From: Candidatus Poribacteria bacterium | Lineage (GTDB): Bacteria; Poribacteria; WGA-4E; PCPOR2b | Direction of reading: 5' to 3' | Length of the DNA: 64,000 bases | Assembly: GCA_965208675.1 (NCBI GenBank) | Contig: OZ242351.1 | Coordinates: forward strand, 1,728,001-1,792,000 | Part shown: piece by piece, positions 1 through 10,234 of the stretch | How positions within the stretch are numbered: the stretch's first letter is position 1 | Layout: each line of letters begins with the position of its first letter | Program-made: the position numbers and the translations under genes | The notes under the pieces: model-generated | Told to the model about the DNA's origin: nothing | The model's input: the letters and a program-made list of their open reading frames with translations, nothing else | Database searches by the model: none

Positions 1-651
1 CTAGCTGCTGAGCCAACAATTCAGGTCAATAACTTTGTCATTGGTCCCGGCGACGGTTGTATCGTTCATCCGGACAATGTGGAGGGATACTTTGCCAATG
101 TCGAAGAGGGGCTTACGATTGCCAAAAAGCTGCAGTGCCGGCGATTCATTGCCTTGAGCGGGGGACTTAGCCCGGAAACAGGGGCGTCGACACACCCGGT
201 TGCCGCACATCCGATTGCCCGATGGGTGACAGCCTACAAAGCCTTGCGCCGATTGGGCGACATCGCTGAACAACACGATGTTGTCTTCAGCCTAGAACAC
301 CTGAATATCAAATTAGACCATCCTGGATACCCGCTGGCAAATGTAGAAGACGCAGCCCGTTTGGTGAGGGAGGTGGACAGCCCCGGGATAAAGCTGCTCC
401 TAGACCTTTATCACGCCCAAGTCCAGGAAGGAAACCTGATTGAGCTAATTCGAGAATATCATGACATCGTCGGGCACATTCACGTCGCAGACGTTCCCGG
501 ACGCCATGAACCAGGCACGGGAGAGATAAATTATCCCCAGGTGGTTGAAACACTTCACGAGGTTGGCTACGATGGCGTGGTCGGCTTGGAGGCCTTCCCC
601 AAGAATGACGACTATGAGGCAATGAATCGCTTCCGCGACATATTCGGTTAG
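1..651 (+). CDS. Hydroxypyruvate isomerase-like TIM-barrel protein (5' partial)
   Basis: Frame is open from base 1. Motifs LEHLN, LLLDLYHAQ, HIHVADVPGRHEPGTGEINY and GLE are typical of the Hyi/AP_endonuc_2 family. Confidence 0.85.
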   Translation, partial: LAAEPTIQVNNFVIGPGDGCIVHPDNVEGYFANVEEGLTIAKKLQCRRFIALSGGLSPETGASTHPVAAHPIARWVTAYKALRRLGDIAEQHDVVFSLEHLNIKLDHPGYPLANVEDAARLVREVDSPGIKLLLDLYHAQVQEGNLIELIREYHDIVGHIHVADVPGRHEPGTGEINYPQVVETLHEVGYDGVVGLEAFPKNDDYEAMNRFRDIFG

Positions 652-705
652 AAGAATCTACCTCGAAATCTTAGTTTACAATTCAAGCTGAAAAGAAACG
701 AAAAC

Positions 706-1752
706 ATGCGGACATATTCCCCCGAATTCCTTACTACTGTAACACAGGACGTGTTTATTGCCTGTGGGTCGCCGCCGGGCGAAGCCGCAATCGTGGCGGA
801 GCAGTTGGTTGGCAATAACCTGATGGGAATGGATTCTCACGGGGTCGTGAGAATTCCCCAATACGTAGGGTGGGTTGAGCAGGGCACCGTCAAAGCGGGC
901 GCACCGGTTTCACTGGTCGAGGAAAATGGCGGTACTGCGGTTGTTGATTGTGGATTTAATTTTGGCCAGGTTGGCGGACTCCGGGCGATGGAGATAGCCA
1001 TTACAAAGGCTAAAGAATATAAGGTTGCCTGCGTCGTTACCCGCCGCTGCACGCACGTGGGACGTTTAGGTTACTTCACACAAATTGCGGCTGAAAACGG
1101 CATGTTCGCGATGGCAATGGTCAACGGTTGCAAGGAAGTACATTGGGTGGTGCCCTTTGGCGGACGGGAAGGGCGGCTTGCAACGAATCCGATATCGTAT
1201 GCGGTACCGGGTGTTGACCATCCAATCGTGTCTGATATGGCAACAAGCATGACTGCCGAGGGGAAAGTCCGCGTTCACCGGAATCGTGGGCAAATGCTGC
1301 CAGAAGGGTGGATACTTGACGCGGAAGGCAATCCCAGTGTAGACCCCCACGACTTATATGGTCCTCCTCATGGCTGGATTTTACCGCTTGGGGGCAGCGC
1401 GGGACATAAAGGATTTGCGTTAGGATTGCTGGTGGATTTGCTGAGCGGAACCCTGGCTGGTGATTTCATCACGGAAGACAGGCCTCGAGGAACTCAAGGA
1501 GTATGCTTTATTGTAATTGATGTCTCGGCGTTTGTGCCTACCGACCGGTTCCGCGATCTAATGGACGACGTCATTTCATATTTCAAATCTACCCCGCCCA
1601 TGCCGGGGCTTCAAGAAGTGATGATGCCGGGAGAAGTTGAATTAAAAACTCTCGCAGACCGGCGAGAGAACGGTATCCCTATTGAATCGTTCACTTGGGA
1701 TCAGATACAGGAAACTGCCAAAAAACTCAACGTTGAGATTACAGAACACTAA
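706..1752 (+). CDS. Ldh_2 family oxidoreductase (malate/L-lactate/ureidoglycolate dehydrogenase-like)
   Basis: Motifs G.DSHGVVRI, HVGRLG, TNPISY, DMATS, GHKGFAL and PGE.E. Confidence 0.92.
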   Translation: MRTYSPEFLTTVTQDVFIACGSPPGEAAIVAEQLVGNNLMGMDSHGVVRIPQYVGWVEQGTVKAGAPVSLVEENGGTAVVDCGFNFGQVGGLRAMEIAITKAKEYKVACVVTRRCTHVGRLGYFTQIAAENGMFAMAMVNGCKEVHWVVPFGGREGRLATNPISYAVPGVDHPIVSDMATSMTAEGKVRVHRNRGQMLPEGWILDAEGNPSVDPHDLYGPPHGWILPLGGSAGHKGFALGLLVDLLSGTLAGDFITEDRPRGTQGVCFIVIDVSAFVPTDRFRDLMDDVISYFKSTPPMPGLQEVMMPGEVELKTLADRRENGIPIESFTWDQIQETAKKLNVEITEH

Positions 1753-2411
1753 GGTCGTCGTAATATTTTACCTTTTCTCTGCACTAACAGATTCACTTCA
1801 GATAAAATAAACCTCATTCCAAACTGTAAATTTCGCAAAAACCTCGTCAGATTGTCAAATATCCCTACTCTATCATAACACAACTAGGTGGAATTCATGT
1901 AAATCGGTCGAACTATTTTGCACTGCCTTGGTTCGATTCGATTCATGTGCAAGTGCTCTCCCTTGCATCGGGCAATACACAGGCTTTGACTTAGGGCGGG
2001 CCCAAACGGGTGCGACGAAACGATTGCGCGGCAGCACACACCAGCTTTATCGCCATCTAATTACAGGTGTCCTACCCCACAGGTGTAGTTGACATGAGTT
2101 CTTAGTCGACGGTTTCATCTGTTGAACATAAGGCAATGTTAGTGGGATTGGCACCTGAGAGCGTCATTGCTGTGGCTGCTCTGACTGTTGTCGCGTCTCC
2201 ATGATGACGGCGGTCATTTATAATTTCTAAACTATTGACATAAAATCGAAAGAATTCATTAAAATTACTTGGTTTGAATTTCGTCACGCCCCCGTCAAAT
2301 TTGTTTAATTTGAGTGCGGTAGAGTGCTTCTTTTGGAAAACGACGAAATACGCAGCGTTGAACAGTAAATTCAATGACATACAACAACTATCAATTTGAG
2401 GAGCAATAGTA

Positions 2412-3299
2412 ATGAATGTTAAAATCGGTAGTGCGCCGGATAACTGGGGCGTCTGGTTTGCGGATGATCCCAAGCAAACCCCATGGCACCGATTCCTAGA
2501 TGAAATGGTCGAAGCTGAATATGAGTGGACCGAGCTTGGCCCTTACGGTTATCTACCAACTGATTTGCCTACACTTCGGTCTGAACTGGACAAACGGGAT
2601 ATGAAGGTGTCTGGTACGTTTGCCATGGATCATCTCGAAGATCCTGAATCATGGCCGACGTTGGAAAGGCAACTGCTTGGCGCAGGCGAATCGCTGGCTT
2701 TTCTCGGTGCTGATTACCTTGTGTTGATCGACGATACCTATACCAACCCCTTTACGGGTGAACTACAGAGGCCTAAGTCACTTGATGAAAGCTCGTGGAA
2801 ACGACTAATTGACACAACGCACAAGGTGGCGGATATCGCACGCGACCGATTTGCGCTCCAAGTGGTCTTTCACCCTCACGCTGATACACATGTCGAATAC
2901 GAGGATCAGATAGAGATGTTTCTGGCACAGACGGATCCCGATCGGGTGAAGATTTGCTTCGATACGGGTCATCATGCTTATCGCCACGGCGACCCGGTGG
3001 ATTTCATGCGGCGGCACCACAACCGAGTGCCCTACCTGCATCTCAAAAGCATTGATGAGAACATACGGCAGAAAGTCGAAGCCGAAGACATTCCGTTTGC
3101 CACTGCTGTGAGTATGGATATGTTTTGTGAACCAGCCGCTGGCGCCGTGGATTTTCTTGCGTTCCGGGACGTGCTCCGCGAGATTGATTACGACGGCTTC
3201 GCAATCGTGGAACAGGACATGTACCCGGCACCGTTTGACAAACCTCTGCCCATTGCCAAACGCACCCGCGCATACCTGCGTGAAATTGGCATCGGTTGA
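2412..3299 (+). CDS. IolE-like inosose dehydratase / sugar phosphate isomerase-epimerase
   Basis: Motifs APDNWGV, TELGPYGYLP, FHPHADT, DTGH, YLHLK and IVEQD. RBS GAGGAG lies upstream. Confidence 0.85.
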   Translation: MNVKIGSAPDNWGVWFADDPKQTPWHRFLDEMVEAEYEWTELGPYGYLPTDLPTLRSELDKRDMKVSGTFAMDHLEDPESWPTLERQLLGAGESLAFLGADYLVLIDDTYTNPFTGELQRPKSLDESSWKRLIDTTHKVADIARDRFALQVVFHPHADTHVEYEDQIEMFLAQTDPDRVKICFDTGHHAYRHGDPVDFMRRHHNRVPYLHLKSIDENIRQKVEAEDIPFATAVSMDMFCEPAAGAVDFLAFRDVLREIDYDGFAIVEQDMYPAPFDKPLPIAKRTRAYLREIGIG

Positions 3300-3383
3300 A
3301 GTCTATGCGGCAGCGCAAATAGGCAAATCAACCTGCGCCTGTTCGTTAAAACGTTCACCTCTACAATTATTAGGAGTAGGACT

Positions 3384-4640
3384 ATGCTCTTCAACAAAGA
3401 CCGGGCAGCAGATTATATGCGGCGTTGCGAAGTTGATGTTCTAATTGCAACGTCACCCGTGAACATCACATATTTTTCAGGTTATTTTTCCTGGCTGGAT
3501 CCACTGTTCAGAGAGTATATGATGGCGCCGGGGAAATCGAGTAATTTGGATCAAACGGCGCCATACGCTATCTTCCCGCTTGAAGGCGAGCCCGCGCTCG
3601 TTATCACCCCGTTGTTTGCGGTTAATGCCGCCGATTTGTGGGTAAAGGATTTGCATATTTTTGGCGAAGCGCTCCTTGATGAATCGGTGCCGCCCACAGC
3701 CTTGTCCGACTCGGACCGTCGTTTTTTCGAGTTGCTTCATGGGAAGCAACAAAATGCAACACCAACTGACGCAGTCTTGAGCGTCTTAAAAGCGCGTGGA
3801 TTGACGGATGCGCGGATTGGCTTGGATATGGAAGGGTTAACGCCGTCATCAAAAGCGCTAATTGAGCGTGGGTTGCCAAGGGCAACGATTAAGGATTGCT
3901 CGAACCTCATTCGCCTCATTCGGATGGTAAAAACAGAAGATGAACTATCGAAACTGACCCGCGCCGCCGAAATCAGCGAGCGGGCGGCAATGGAAAGTTT
4001 TGCAATCGCGAAACCGGGGCGACCCATATCTGAAATCGTTCAGCACTACCGTGCGCAGGTAGCTGGCAATGGCGCATATTTCGACCACTTCGCGTATGGT
4101 GTTAGGGGTCTAGGCATTGCCACAGAGTCAAACCATGTCTTGACCGAAGACGATTTTCTCTATGTGGATTTTGGCTGCATTTATAAATACTGTTTCTCGG
4201 ACACCGGAACGACGTTGGCGATGCGCGAGCCGTCTGCATCAATCCTCGAAAGGCATGCAGCACTGCGTGCTTGTACACGTGCAGGTGTGGAGGTAATACA
4301 GCCGGGAGTGAAAACCTCCGAGGTGCAAGCAGCCATGTGGCAAACCCTCAATGCAAACGGAGTCACCGCCTCGTTTCCACACGGGCACGGCTTGGGTTTA
4401 GAAGTGCGGGACTACCCAATCATCGTTGCTGACAACGGCCAACGTATCAAAGACGATTGCGTGGACGTGCCGTCGGACCTGCCGCTCGAATCGGACATGG
4501 TAATCAACTTGGAGGCAATGATCTCCATTCCGGGCGTCGGGACATTGCACATCGAGCAATCATTTGTCGTTACCGCTGACGGGTGTCGTCCGCTCGTGCC
4601 GCAGTACCGTGAGCGCCCCATTCTACCTAACACAGCTTAA
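3384..4640 (+). CDS. M24 family (Xaa-Pro peptidase / creatinase-like) protein
   Basis: Creatinase-like N-domain followed by RMVKTEDE, DFG...SD, HGHGLG, NLE and IEQ metal-site motifs. RBS AGGAG. Confidence 0.88.
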   Translation: MLFNKDRAADYMRRCEVDVLIATSPVNITYFSGYFSWLDPLFREYMMAPGKSSNLDQTAPYAIFPLEGEPALVITPLFAVNAADLWVKDLHIFGEALLDESVPPTALSDSDRRFFELLHGKQQNATPTDAVLSVLKARGLTDARIGLDMEGLTPSSKALIERGLPRATIKDCSNLIRLIRMVKTEDELSKLTRAAEISERAAMESFAIAKPGRPISEIVQHYRAQVAGNGAYFDHFAYGVRGLGIATESNHVLTEDDFLYVDFGCIYKYCFSDTGTTLAMREPSASILERHAALRACTRAGVEVIQPGVKTSEVQAAMWQTLNANGVTASFPHGHGLGLEVRDYPIIVADNGQRIKDDCVDVPSDLPLESDMVINLEAMISIPGVGTLHIEQSFVVTADGCRPLVPQYRERPILPNTA

Positions 4641-4656
4641 CATTGGTACATATCCC

Positions 4657-5388
4657 ATGAGCAAACCAAGCATACTAGTCTTTAGTGCGCATGCCGCCGA
4701 CTTTTGCTCACGCGGCGGCGGGACGATAGCGCTGTACGTCCGCGGCGGTGCACAAGTTCACGTAATTGATTTGACCTTCGGTGAACGCGGGGAATCCGAA
4801 GATTATTGGGCGCGCGTTCAGCCCAAATCCATGATTGAGGCGAGGGAGACGCGTACACAAGAAGCCGAAACAGCCGCCTCCATTCTTGGAGCGAGTATTG
4901 AGTTTATGGATTACGGCGACTATCCTCTGATGATCGATAGACCTCGTCTAGATTCGATGGCGAGGCTGATCCGGCAGCGGCGCCCGGACATTATATTGAC
5001 TCACTGGAAGATAGACCCTCACAACATAGACCATGAAGTAACGACGGCATCCGTCATTCGTGCAGCTACAATGGCTGCCGTACCCGGTTTTGACCACGAC
5101 AGCGAAACAGTTCATCCCTTTCCACATCTTTTTGGTTTTGAACCGTCAGTTCCGCGCGATGACATTACAGGCTTTGTACCGGACACCTACGTAGATATTA
5201 CAGAGGTATTCGAAACCAAAATCGCCGCGCTACACGCTCTCCGATCGCAAACAAAGTTGGTCTCACGGTACACACAATGGGCGGAATACCGAGGTGCGCA
5301 GGCAACACAGTGGAGTGGACAACAAATAAAATACGCGGAAGCCTTCAAACGGTACACAGCGTCCGTGGGAACTCGATTGCCGTGCTAA
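4657..5388 (+). CDS. PIG-L family protein, closest in motif to 4-oxalomesaconate hydratase GalB
   Basis: Motifs SAHAADF.RGGG.IA, FGERGES, GDYPL and DP.N.DH. The ATG at 4657 avoids overlap with the upstream gene. Confidence 0.8.
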   Translation: MSKPSILVFSAHAADFCSRGGGTIALYVRGGAQVHVIDLTFGERGESEDYWARVQPKSMIEARETRTQEAETAASILGASIEFMDYGDYPLMIDRPRLDSMARLIRQRRPDIILTHWKIDPHNIDHEVTTASVIRAATMAAVPGFDHDSETVHPFPHLFGFEPSVPRDDITGFVPDTYVDITEVFETKIAALHALRSQTKLVSRYTQWAEYRGAQATQWSGQQIKYAEAFKRYTASVGTRLPC

Positions 5389-5424
5389 GGTCTAAATCAT
5401 AACGATTTGACACTCTCAGAGCGG

Positions 5425-6645
5425 TCATCGGTTGTAGAGATATTTGGGGGAGGTGTACTGCGGACGCGGGGGATCTTTGCGCGACTGGATAGGTTTTTGC
5501 CCAAATGCCGTTCTGAGGCATATTGCAATTCCGATGACGCTGGCAATAATGAAGGTAAAATGCTTGATCGGAGGAATCCAAGTTGCCATCCAATAAATAA
5601 CATATCCGGTTGTTACAGCAAAAATATTGGATCGCTTGGGAAAGATGGTTTTGCCGATGGAAAGAAAAATCGCGGTTTTGCCATAAATTGCCATCGGGAA
5701 TAAAACAGACAAAAATAGCAGCACCAATGGGATGCCGATAATCGACAGTATTAACATCATGCCTAGATAAGGAATGACTATTAACAAGATTAACGCAAGT
5801 AACGTGCTTCCGATTGGGTGGTGGGAAATTGCACGTGCCATGTTATCCATTTGCCGCGGGAAGGTGGTGACGATTAGCACGTGAACGAGCGTAAGGGTCA
5901 GAAACGTAAGTGCGCTCCAAAACCGCTTCTGTGTCGGCGTTCCCCACCATATCTCTTGAGGGTGCATCATTAATTCGATTGCAAGCAGCACATCTCTCCA
6001 GCTATTTATTTCTTGATAGGCCTCCGCTGTCCAATCATTGTCCATCTTTCCAAGGATATTCCCCAAAACCACCGTTACCTTTCCCGGAATCTGTGCATGA
6101 TCGTAGATTTCCAGCCTATCCGCTGCTTTTCTTATGATATACGTCTTCCTATTGTCCTCATCATTTATCATCCATTTGCTGCGTTTATTTGCGACCGACA
6201 CGGTGACACTTTCAGAAAGTGAAAAACCGTTTTTCTTAAACGCTTGCCGAAAGTCCGCGAGGATGAGCCCATTTTCTAAATTCTTTCTTAACTGAGAATC
6301 CACGCTGAACAGTAATGCACGATCTTGGAATTCAACATCTCCACTCAAGACGAATATGTTACCGTTCACTTGTCCCCGAATCTTTGCCGTACCTCCGATT
6401 AAAATAATGCTATCCACACTTTCTGTTGTACCGAGATCGAAATCACCGAACCGCACAACCCGATTCCGATTGACGGTTTTCGCGTTGGGTTCTAACGGCC
6501 TTGATAGCGTTGCTCGAGCTAAAGTATCATCCCTTGGGGAAGAGTCCGTCGAAGCAGGAGGCTTGGTTTGGCTGGGGCTAACTTGAGGATTGAGGATTTG
6601 AAAGCACAACCACAAGATTACGACTGAAAATTTAGTTTTCCTCAT
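5425..6645 (-). CDS. Signal-peptide membrane protein with a bactofilin-like beta-helix segment and C-terminal multi-pass domain
   Basis: Hydrophobic N-terminus MRKTKFSVVILWLCF, IIGGTAKIRGQVNGNIFVLSGDV-type rungs, and about 5 C-terminal TM segments. The ORF track extends to 6726; the start was reassigned. Confidence 0.7.
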   Translation of the reverse strand: MRKTKFSVVILWLCFQILNPQVSPSQTKPPASTDSSPRDDTLARATLSRPLEPNAKTVNRNRVVRFGDFDLGTTESVDSIILIGGTAKIRGQVNGNIFVLSGDVEFQDRALLFSVDSQLRKNLENGLILADFRQAFKKNGFSLSESVTVSVANKRSKWMINDEDNRKTYIIRKAADRLEIYDHAQIPGKVTVVLGNILGKMDNDWTAEAYQEINSWRDVLLAIELMMHPQEIWWGTPTQKRFWSALTFLTLTLVHVLIVTTFPRQMDNMARAISHHPIGSTLLALILLIVIPYLGMMLILSIIGIPLVLLFLSVLFPMAIYGKTAIFLSIGKTIFPKRSNIFAVTTGYVIYWMATWIPPIKHFTFIIASVIGIAICLRTAFGQKPIQSRKDPPRPQYTSPKYLYNR

Positions 6646-6719
6646 TAGACAACCTGATGGGAGTAGGCACCGGCGAAATACGCACAAGTTATGGAAGTCT
6701 ATAGCTTGCTTCTGATCTA

Positions 6720-6828
6720 TGTCCACATATTGTGTTAAATATTGTGACTAATCACAATATATTGCCAACGCCAAAGTGGCATACACTATATGTTGGGGCA
6801 TTATGAATTGAACAACTACATATTGTAT
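6720..6828. promoter_or_regulatory. Four tandem NrdR-box-like sites
   Basis: Cores CCACATATTG (6723), CAATATATTG (6755), CTATATGTTG (6786) and CTACATATTG (6816), spaced 32/31/30 bp. They match the NrdR consensus acaCwAtATaTwGtg. Confidence 0.7.
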
Positions 6829-6829
6829 T

Positions 6830-6858
6830 ATGATAAAGCAAATCAAGTCTTTTGTCAA
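6830..6858 (-). promoter_or_regulatory. sigma70 promoter (TTGACA-17-TATCAT) reading into the NrdR-like boxes
   Basis: Exact -35 at 6853-6858, 17-bp spacer, -10 at 6830-6835. Confidence 0.6.
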
Positions 6859-7022
6859 GCATTTCCTTTGTGTTTTAAAGGATATAACATAAGTTGAAAT
6901 GTTTGTAAATTAAAAATCTGAATTTCAAAAAAAATTGGCGTCTTACCGTATCATCTTTATTTATCTTGGATAGCCAACGTTTACTTCCGAGTATTCAAAT
7001 TGACCGCTCAACTTTTGAAAAA

Positions 7023-7051
7023 TTGACACTAAATCGAAAGTCTGTTACTAT
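7023..7051 (+). promoter_or_regulatory. sigma70 promoter (TTGACA-17-TACTAT)
   Basis: Consensus hexamers and spacing, 40 bp upstream of ORF 7093. Confidence 0.6.
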
Positions 7052-7092
7052 TTCACCGTCAACACAGTCAGACTAAACTCGAAAAGGCAGCA

Positions 7093-7791
7093 ATGTTAAT
7101 GAATGCCCAGCGCGCCGCAAACGACATTATTGATTTTATACGCCAGCACATCCTCCTTCGCGCCACCAAACCGGCAGAAAGACAGACCACTGAAAATATT
7201 TGGGCGCTCCGCAGCCATCTACACGCGCTTCACCACTACTTCATGCGATCCAGTCTGCCGACAGATTTACCTGTACATGTCGAGTCAATGCTTGCGACTA
7301 GTTCGGGGTTTTGGAAGCTGCTTTCCGATAATGAAGTCACCTTGATGAATCTCAAAGATTATTCGAACGTCCGAACCCTCTCTGCTGAAGCTGAGGGACT
7401 GGTCAACCTCGAAGAGCTAATCTCGGGAGAAGAAACGCTGCGTGATGTAATCATTAACGGTATTGCATTCATGCTGAACTGGAAATCTAACACACTTTGG
7501 ATTGATTCTGCAAATCGGGCGCGTCGAGCGATGACGAAAAACTATATGCTTGAGATTCAAGATCGGATTTGGCAATTTGTCAAAGAAGGTGCTGACAGTA
7601 CCGAGGAGATAGGCTTGGCACGGTCGAATCAGATACGTCAACGCGCTGAAGATTTTTCACGTATGATTCAGGAGAGTACGCTCACGGTTGAGGTGCAGGT
7701 CGTTTTGCTAATGCAGATTTATTCGTTATTGATACGCCTTCAACTCGGCAAACTGATTGTCAGGCTTGAGGAGATATCTGAAAACCAATAG
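7093..7791 (+). CDS. Hypothetical alpha-helical protein
   Basis: 232-aa ORF with its own promoter and AAGG RBS. No recognisable motif. Confidence 0.75.
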   Translation: MLMNAQRAANDIIDFIRQHILLRATKPAERQTTENIWALRSHLHALHHYFMRSSLPTDLPVHVESMLATSSGFWKLLSDNEVTLMNLKDYSNVRTLSAEAEGLVNLEELISGEETLRDVIINGIAFMLNWKSNTLWIDSANRARRAMTKNYMLEIQDRIWQFVKEGADSTEEIGLARSNQIRQRAEDFSRMIQESTLTVEVQVVLLMQIYSLLIRLQLGKLIVRLEEISENQ

Positions 7792-7939
7792 GTTAACACA
7801 TCTAAAACCCATGGGCGGCGAAAGTGGGAGAGATGGAAGAATGTGCAGTCTCTTCAGACACGAGCCAGACGAAATGCAACCGTTAAATACGCCTGCAATG
7901 GTAAGTTATGCCTCGCGGCGGGCTTAGGATTAGGATTGA

Positions 7940-8863
7940 ATGCGAACGCAATCGCCAACGGGACACCATACCCGTTGGGACTTTACACTCATTGCCAACC
8001 CGGTCGCCGGAAAAGGCGAGGCAGCCGTAATAGCCGAGAAAGCGTATCGCCGACTCACGGGGCAAGGGTTAAAAGGCGTAATCGAGTTTACTACCCAACC
8101 GGGTGATGCGAATCGAATTGCTCGGGAAATTGTTCAAAACGGTGGGCGGTGGATCATCGCATGCGGCGGTGACGGGACAGTACATGAGATTGTCAACGCA
8201 ATTGCAGAAAAGCCCGATGTTGTATTGGGGATGCTTCCGTGCGGGAAGGGCAACGACCTCGCAGCAGCGTTAAAAATTCCAAAATCGCTAGCTTCCGCAG
8301 TTGACGTACTTTTGTATGGAGTGACTCGCCAGATTGATCTTGGGAAAATTGGAAATCGTTATTTCGATACAATTGTAACATGTGGTTATGATTCAGAAGT
8401 GAACCGGCGTGTTGCCGTAGAGGGGGCACCCTTCTCCGGAACTCTGTCTTATGTCTACACCGCAATTACAACGCTTTTCAGTTTTGAATCGCCTTCCGCT
8501 CGGGTTGAGGGCGACTTCGGGGTTTATGACGGGGGCATCCTGCTCACTGCAACGGGAAATACGCGCCGCTATGGCGGTGGGTTGAAGATTTTACCGGATG
8601 CAGTTCTCGACGACGGGCTTCTTGATGTCTGTATCATCAAACCGGTTCCACGCCGGACCGTGCTGTGCATGATGATTTCGCTGTTTTGGGGCGGACACAC
8701 GTCCCACCCCGCTGTGAGAATACACCGAACCAAATCGTTAACCATCCATGCAGATCCGCCAATCCTGCTTTTTGCTGATGGAGAACAGGTGTGTTACACG
8801 CCTGCAACCATTCAAGTTGTCGAACGCGGCCTGACGGCTTTAGCATCGCCTGAGGCGAGGTAG
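7940..8863 (+). CDS. Diacylglycerol kinase family lipid kinase (YegS/DgkB-like)
   Basis: Motifs NPVAGKG, GGDGTVHE, PCGKGNDLA, YGGG, DDGLLDV and ADGE. Confidence 0.93.
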   Translation: MRTQSPTGHHTRWDFTLIANPVAGKGEAAVIAEKAYRRLTGQGLKGVIEFTTQPGDANRIAREIVQNGGRWIIACGGDGTVHEIVNAIAEKPDVVLGMLPCGKGNDLAAALKIPKSLASAVDVLLYGVTRQIDLGKIGNRYFDTIVTCGYDSEVNRRVAVEGAPFSGTLSYVYTAITTLFSFESPSARVEGDFGVYDGGILLTATGNTRRYGGGLKILPDAVLDDGLLDVCIIKPVPRRTVLCMMISLFWGGHTSHPAVRIHRTKSLTIHADPPILLFADGEQVCYTPATIQVVERGLTALASPEAR

Positions 8864-8895
8864 GAGGATAGATGGCGGGCATATACAAGTAGACG

Positions 8896-10089
8896 CTAGA
8901 ATGCCGCCTCAAACAGACGTTTCATGTCAGTTTCACTGCACGGACGGGGGTTAACCTTGTAACAGTGATCGAGCATAGCGTCTTTCGCTAGCTTCGGAAT
9001 GTGTTCTTGTTTCAAGCCTGCCTCGCCCAAACCAGTGGGCATTCCTAGCTCTCTGTTCAACAAATGGATTTTCTCTATTGCCGCACGAGCCATATCTTCC
9101 TTTGAATTGCCAGAAGCACCCACACCTAAGGCAGCGGCGACTTCCGCATAGCGATCTACGGCATACGTCAAATTAAACGCCATAACATGCGGCAGCAGGA
9201 TTGCATTTGCTACGCCATGTGGAATATTGGCTTCCGCCGACGAAAGCTGATGGGCGAGGGAGTGAACGGCGCCGAGCCCTTTCTGGAATGAGACCGCTGC
9301 CATTGAAGCGGCGAGTAACATCTCGCCGCGCGCCTCAATATCGTCGCCGTGATGATAGGCGCGGCAGATGTTCCTACCCAGCATCCTCAAGGTTTGCAGC
9401 GCGATTCCCTCCGAAATAGGGTGATACCGTGTCGCAACATAAGCCTCAATGCCGTGTGTAACGGCGTCCATACCAGTCGCCGCGGTCAAGGCGGGCGGCA
9501 TACCGAGCGTCAATTCCGCATCCAGCAGTGCTAGGGATGACATCATGTGCGGTGAGACAATTGCCCGCTTGCGCCACCGATCCGTCGTTTGAAGTGTAGT
9601 ATCTGTTATGATTGCGGCTTGCGAAACCTCGCTGCCGGTTCCGGCGGTTGTAGGCACCGATATTAGCGGCGGCAGGTTGCCGGTAATGTTTTCAATACCT
9701 CCCCCATCAAGAAAGTAGCTTTCTAGTGGAGGTTCGTGTGTTGCGAGCAGGCGAATCGCCTTCGCCGCATCCATCACGCTTCCTCCCCCGATGGCAATCA
9801 CTAAATCGCACGCTTCAGCGCGGTAAACTTCAAGTCCCTTGAGCGCCATGCGATCTGTAGGGTTGGGCTCAATTTCGTCGAAAACGACATATTGGATTTG
9901 ATAGCTTGCTAATGATTCTACGGCTTTGGATAATATGCCCGCCCTTACAACGCCCGCGTCCGTTGCGATGAACGGCTTTTTCTTGCCATACGATTCGATG
10001 TGATTTCCCAAGTTCCCGATTGCCCCTACCCCAAACTCGATTCGCGGAGGTAGGAAGTAATTGATAATTGCATGTTGTGTCATATTCAC
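8896..10089 (-). CDS. Iron-containing alcohol dehydrogenase
   Basis: Motifs GGGSVMDAAK, PTTAGTGSEV, DAVTHGIE, VHSLAH and HGVANAI. Confidence 0.95.
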   Translation of the reverse strand: MNMTQHAIINYFLPPRIEFGVGAIGNLGNHIESYGKKKPFIATDAGVVRAGILSKAVESLASYQIQYVVFDEIEPNPTDRMALKGLEVYRAEACDLVIAIGGGSVMDAAKAIRLLATHEPPLESYFLDGGGIENITGNLPPLISVPTTAGTGSEVSQAAIITDTTLQTTDRWRKRAIVSPHMMSSLALLDAELTLGMPPALTAATGMDAVTHGIEAYVATRYHPISEGIALQTLRMLGRNICRAYHHGDDIEARGEMLLAASMAAVSFQKGLGAVHSLAHQLSSAEANIPHGVANAILLPHVMAFNLTYAVDRYAEVAAALGVGASGNSKEDMARAAIEKIHLLNRELGMPTGLGEAGLKQEHIPKLAKDAMLDHCYKVNPRPCSETDMKRLFEAAF

Positions 10090-10234
10090 TTCCTCATTTT
10101 ACGGTGAATATAAAAGTTTTTGGAAGAGCACACAGTTAATTTTTTTTTATCGGAATTAATTTCTAGCCAAGATTTTCATTTGTGCAAATAACACGACCCG
10201 GCCGAATCTTTTCTCTCGTTGCTGCTTCCTGATC

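Noticed and set aside
1753-2411. Long intergenic region and ORF 2102-2473
   Set aside because: No convincing RNA motif was found. The ORF is antisense-overlapping, low in coding character and has no motif.
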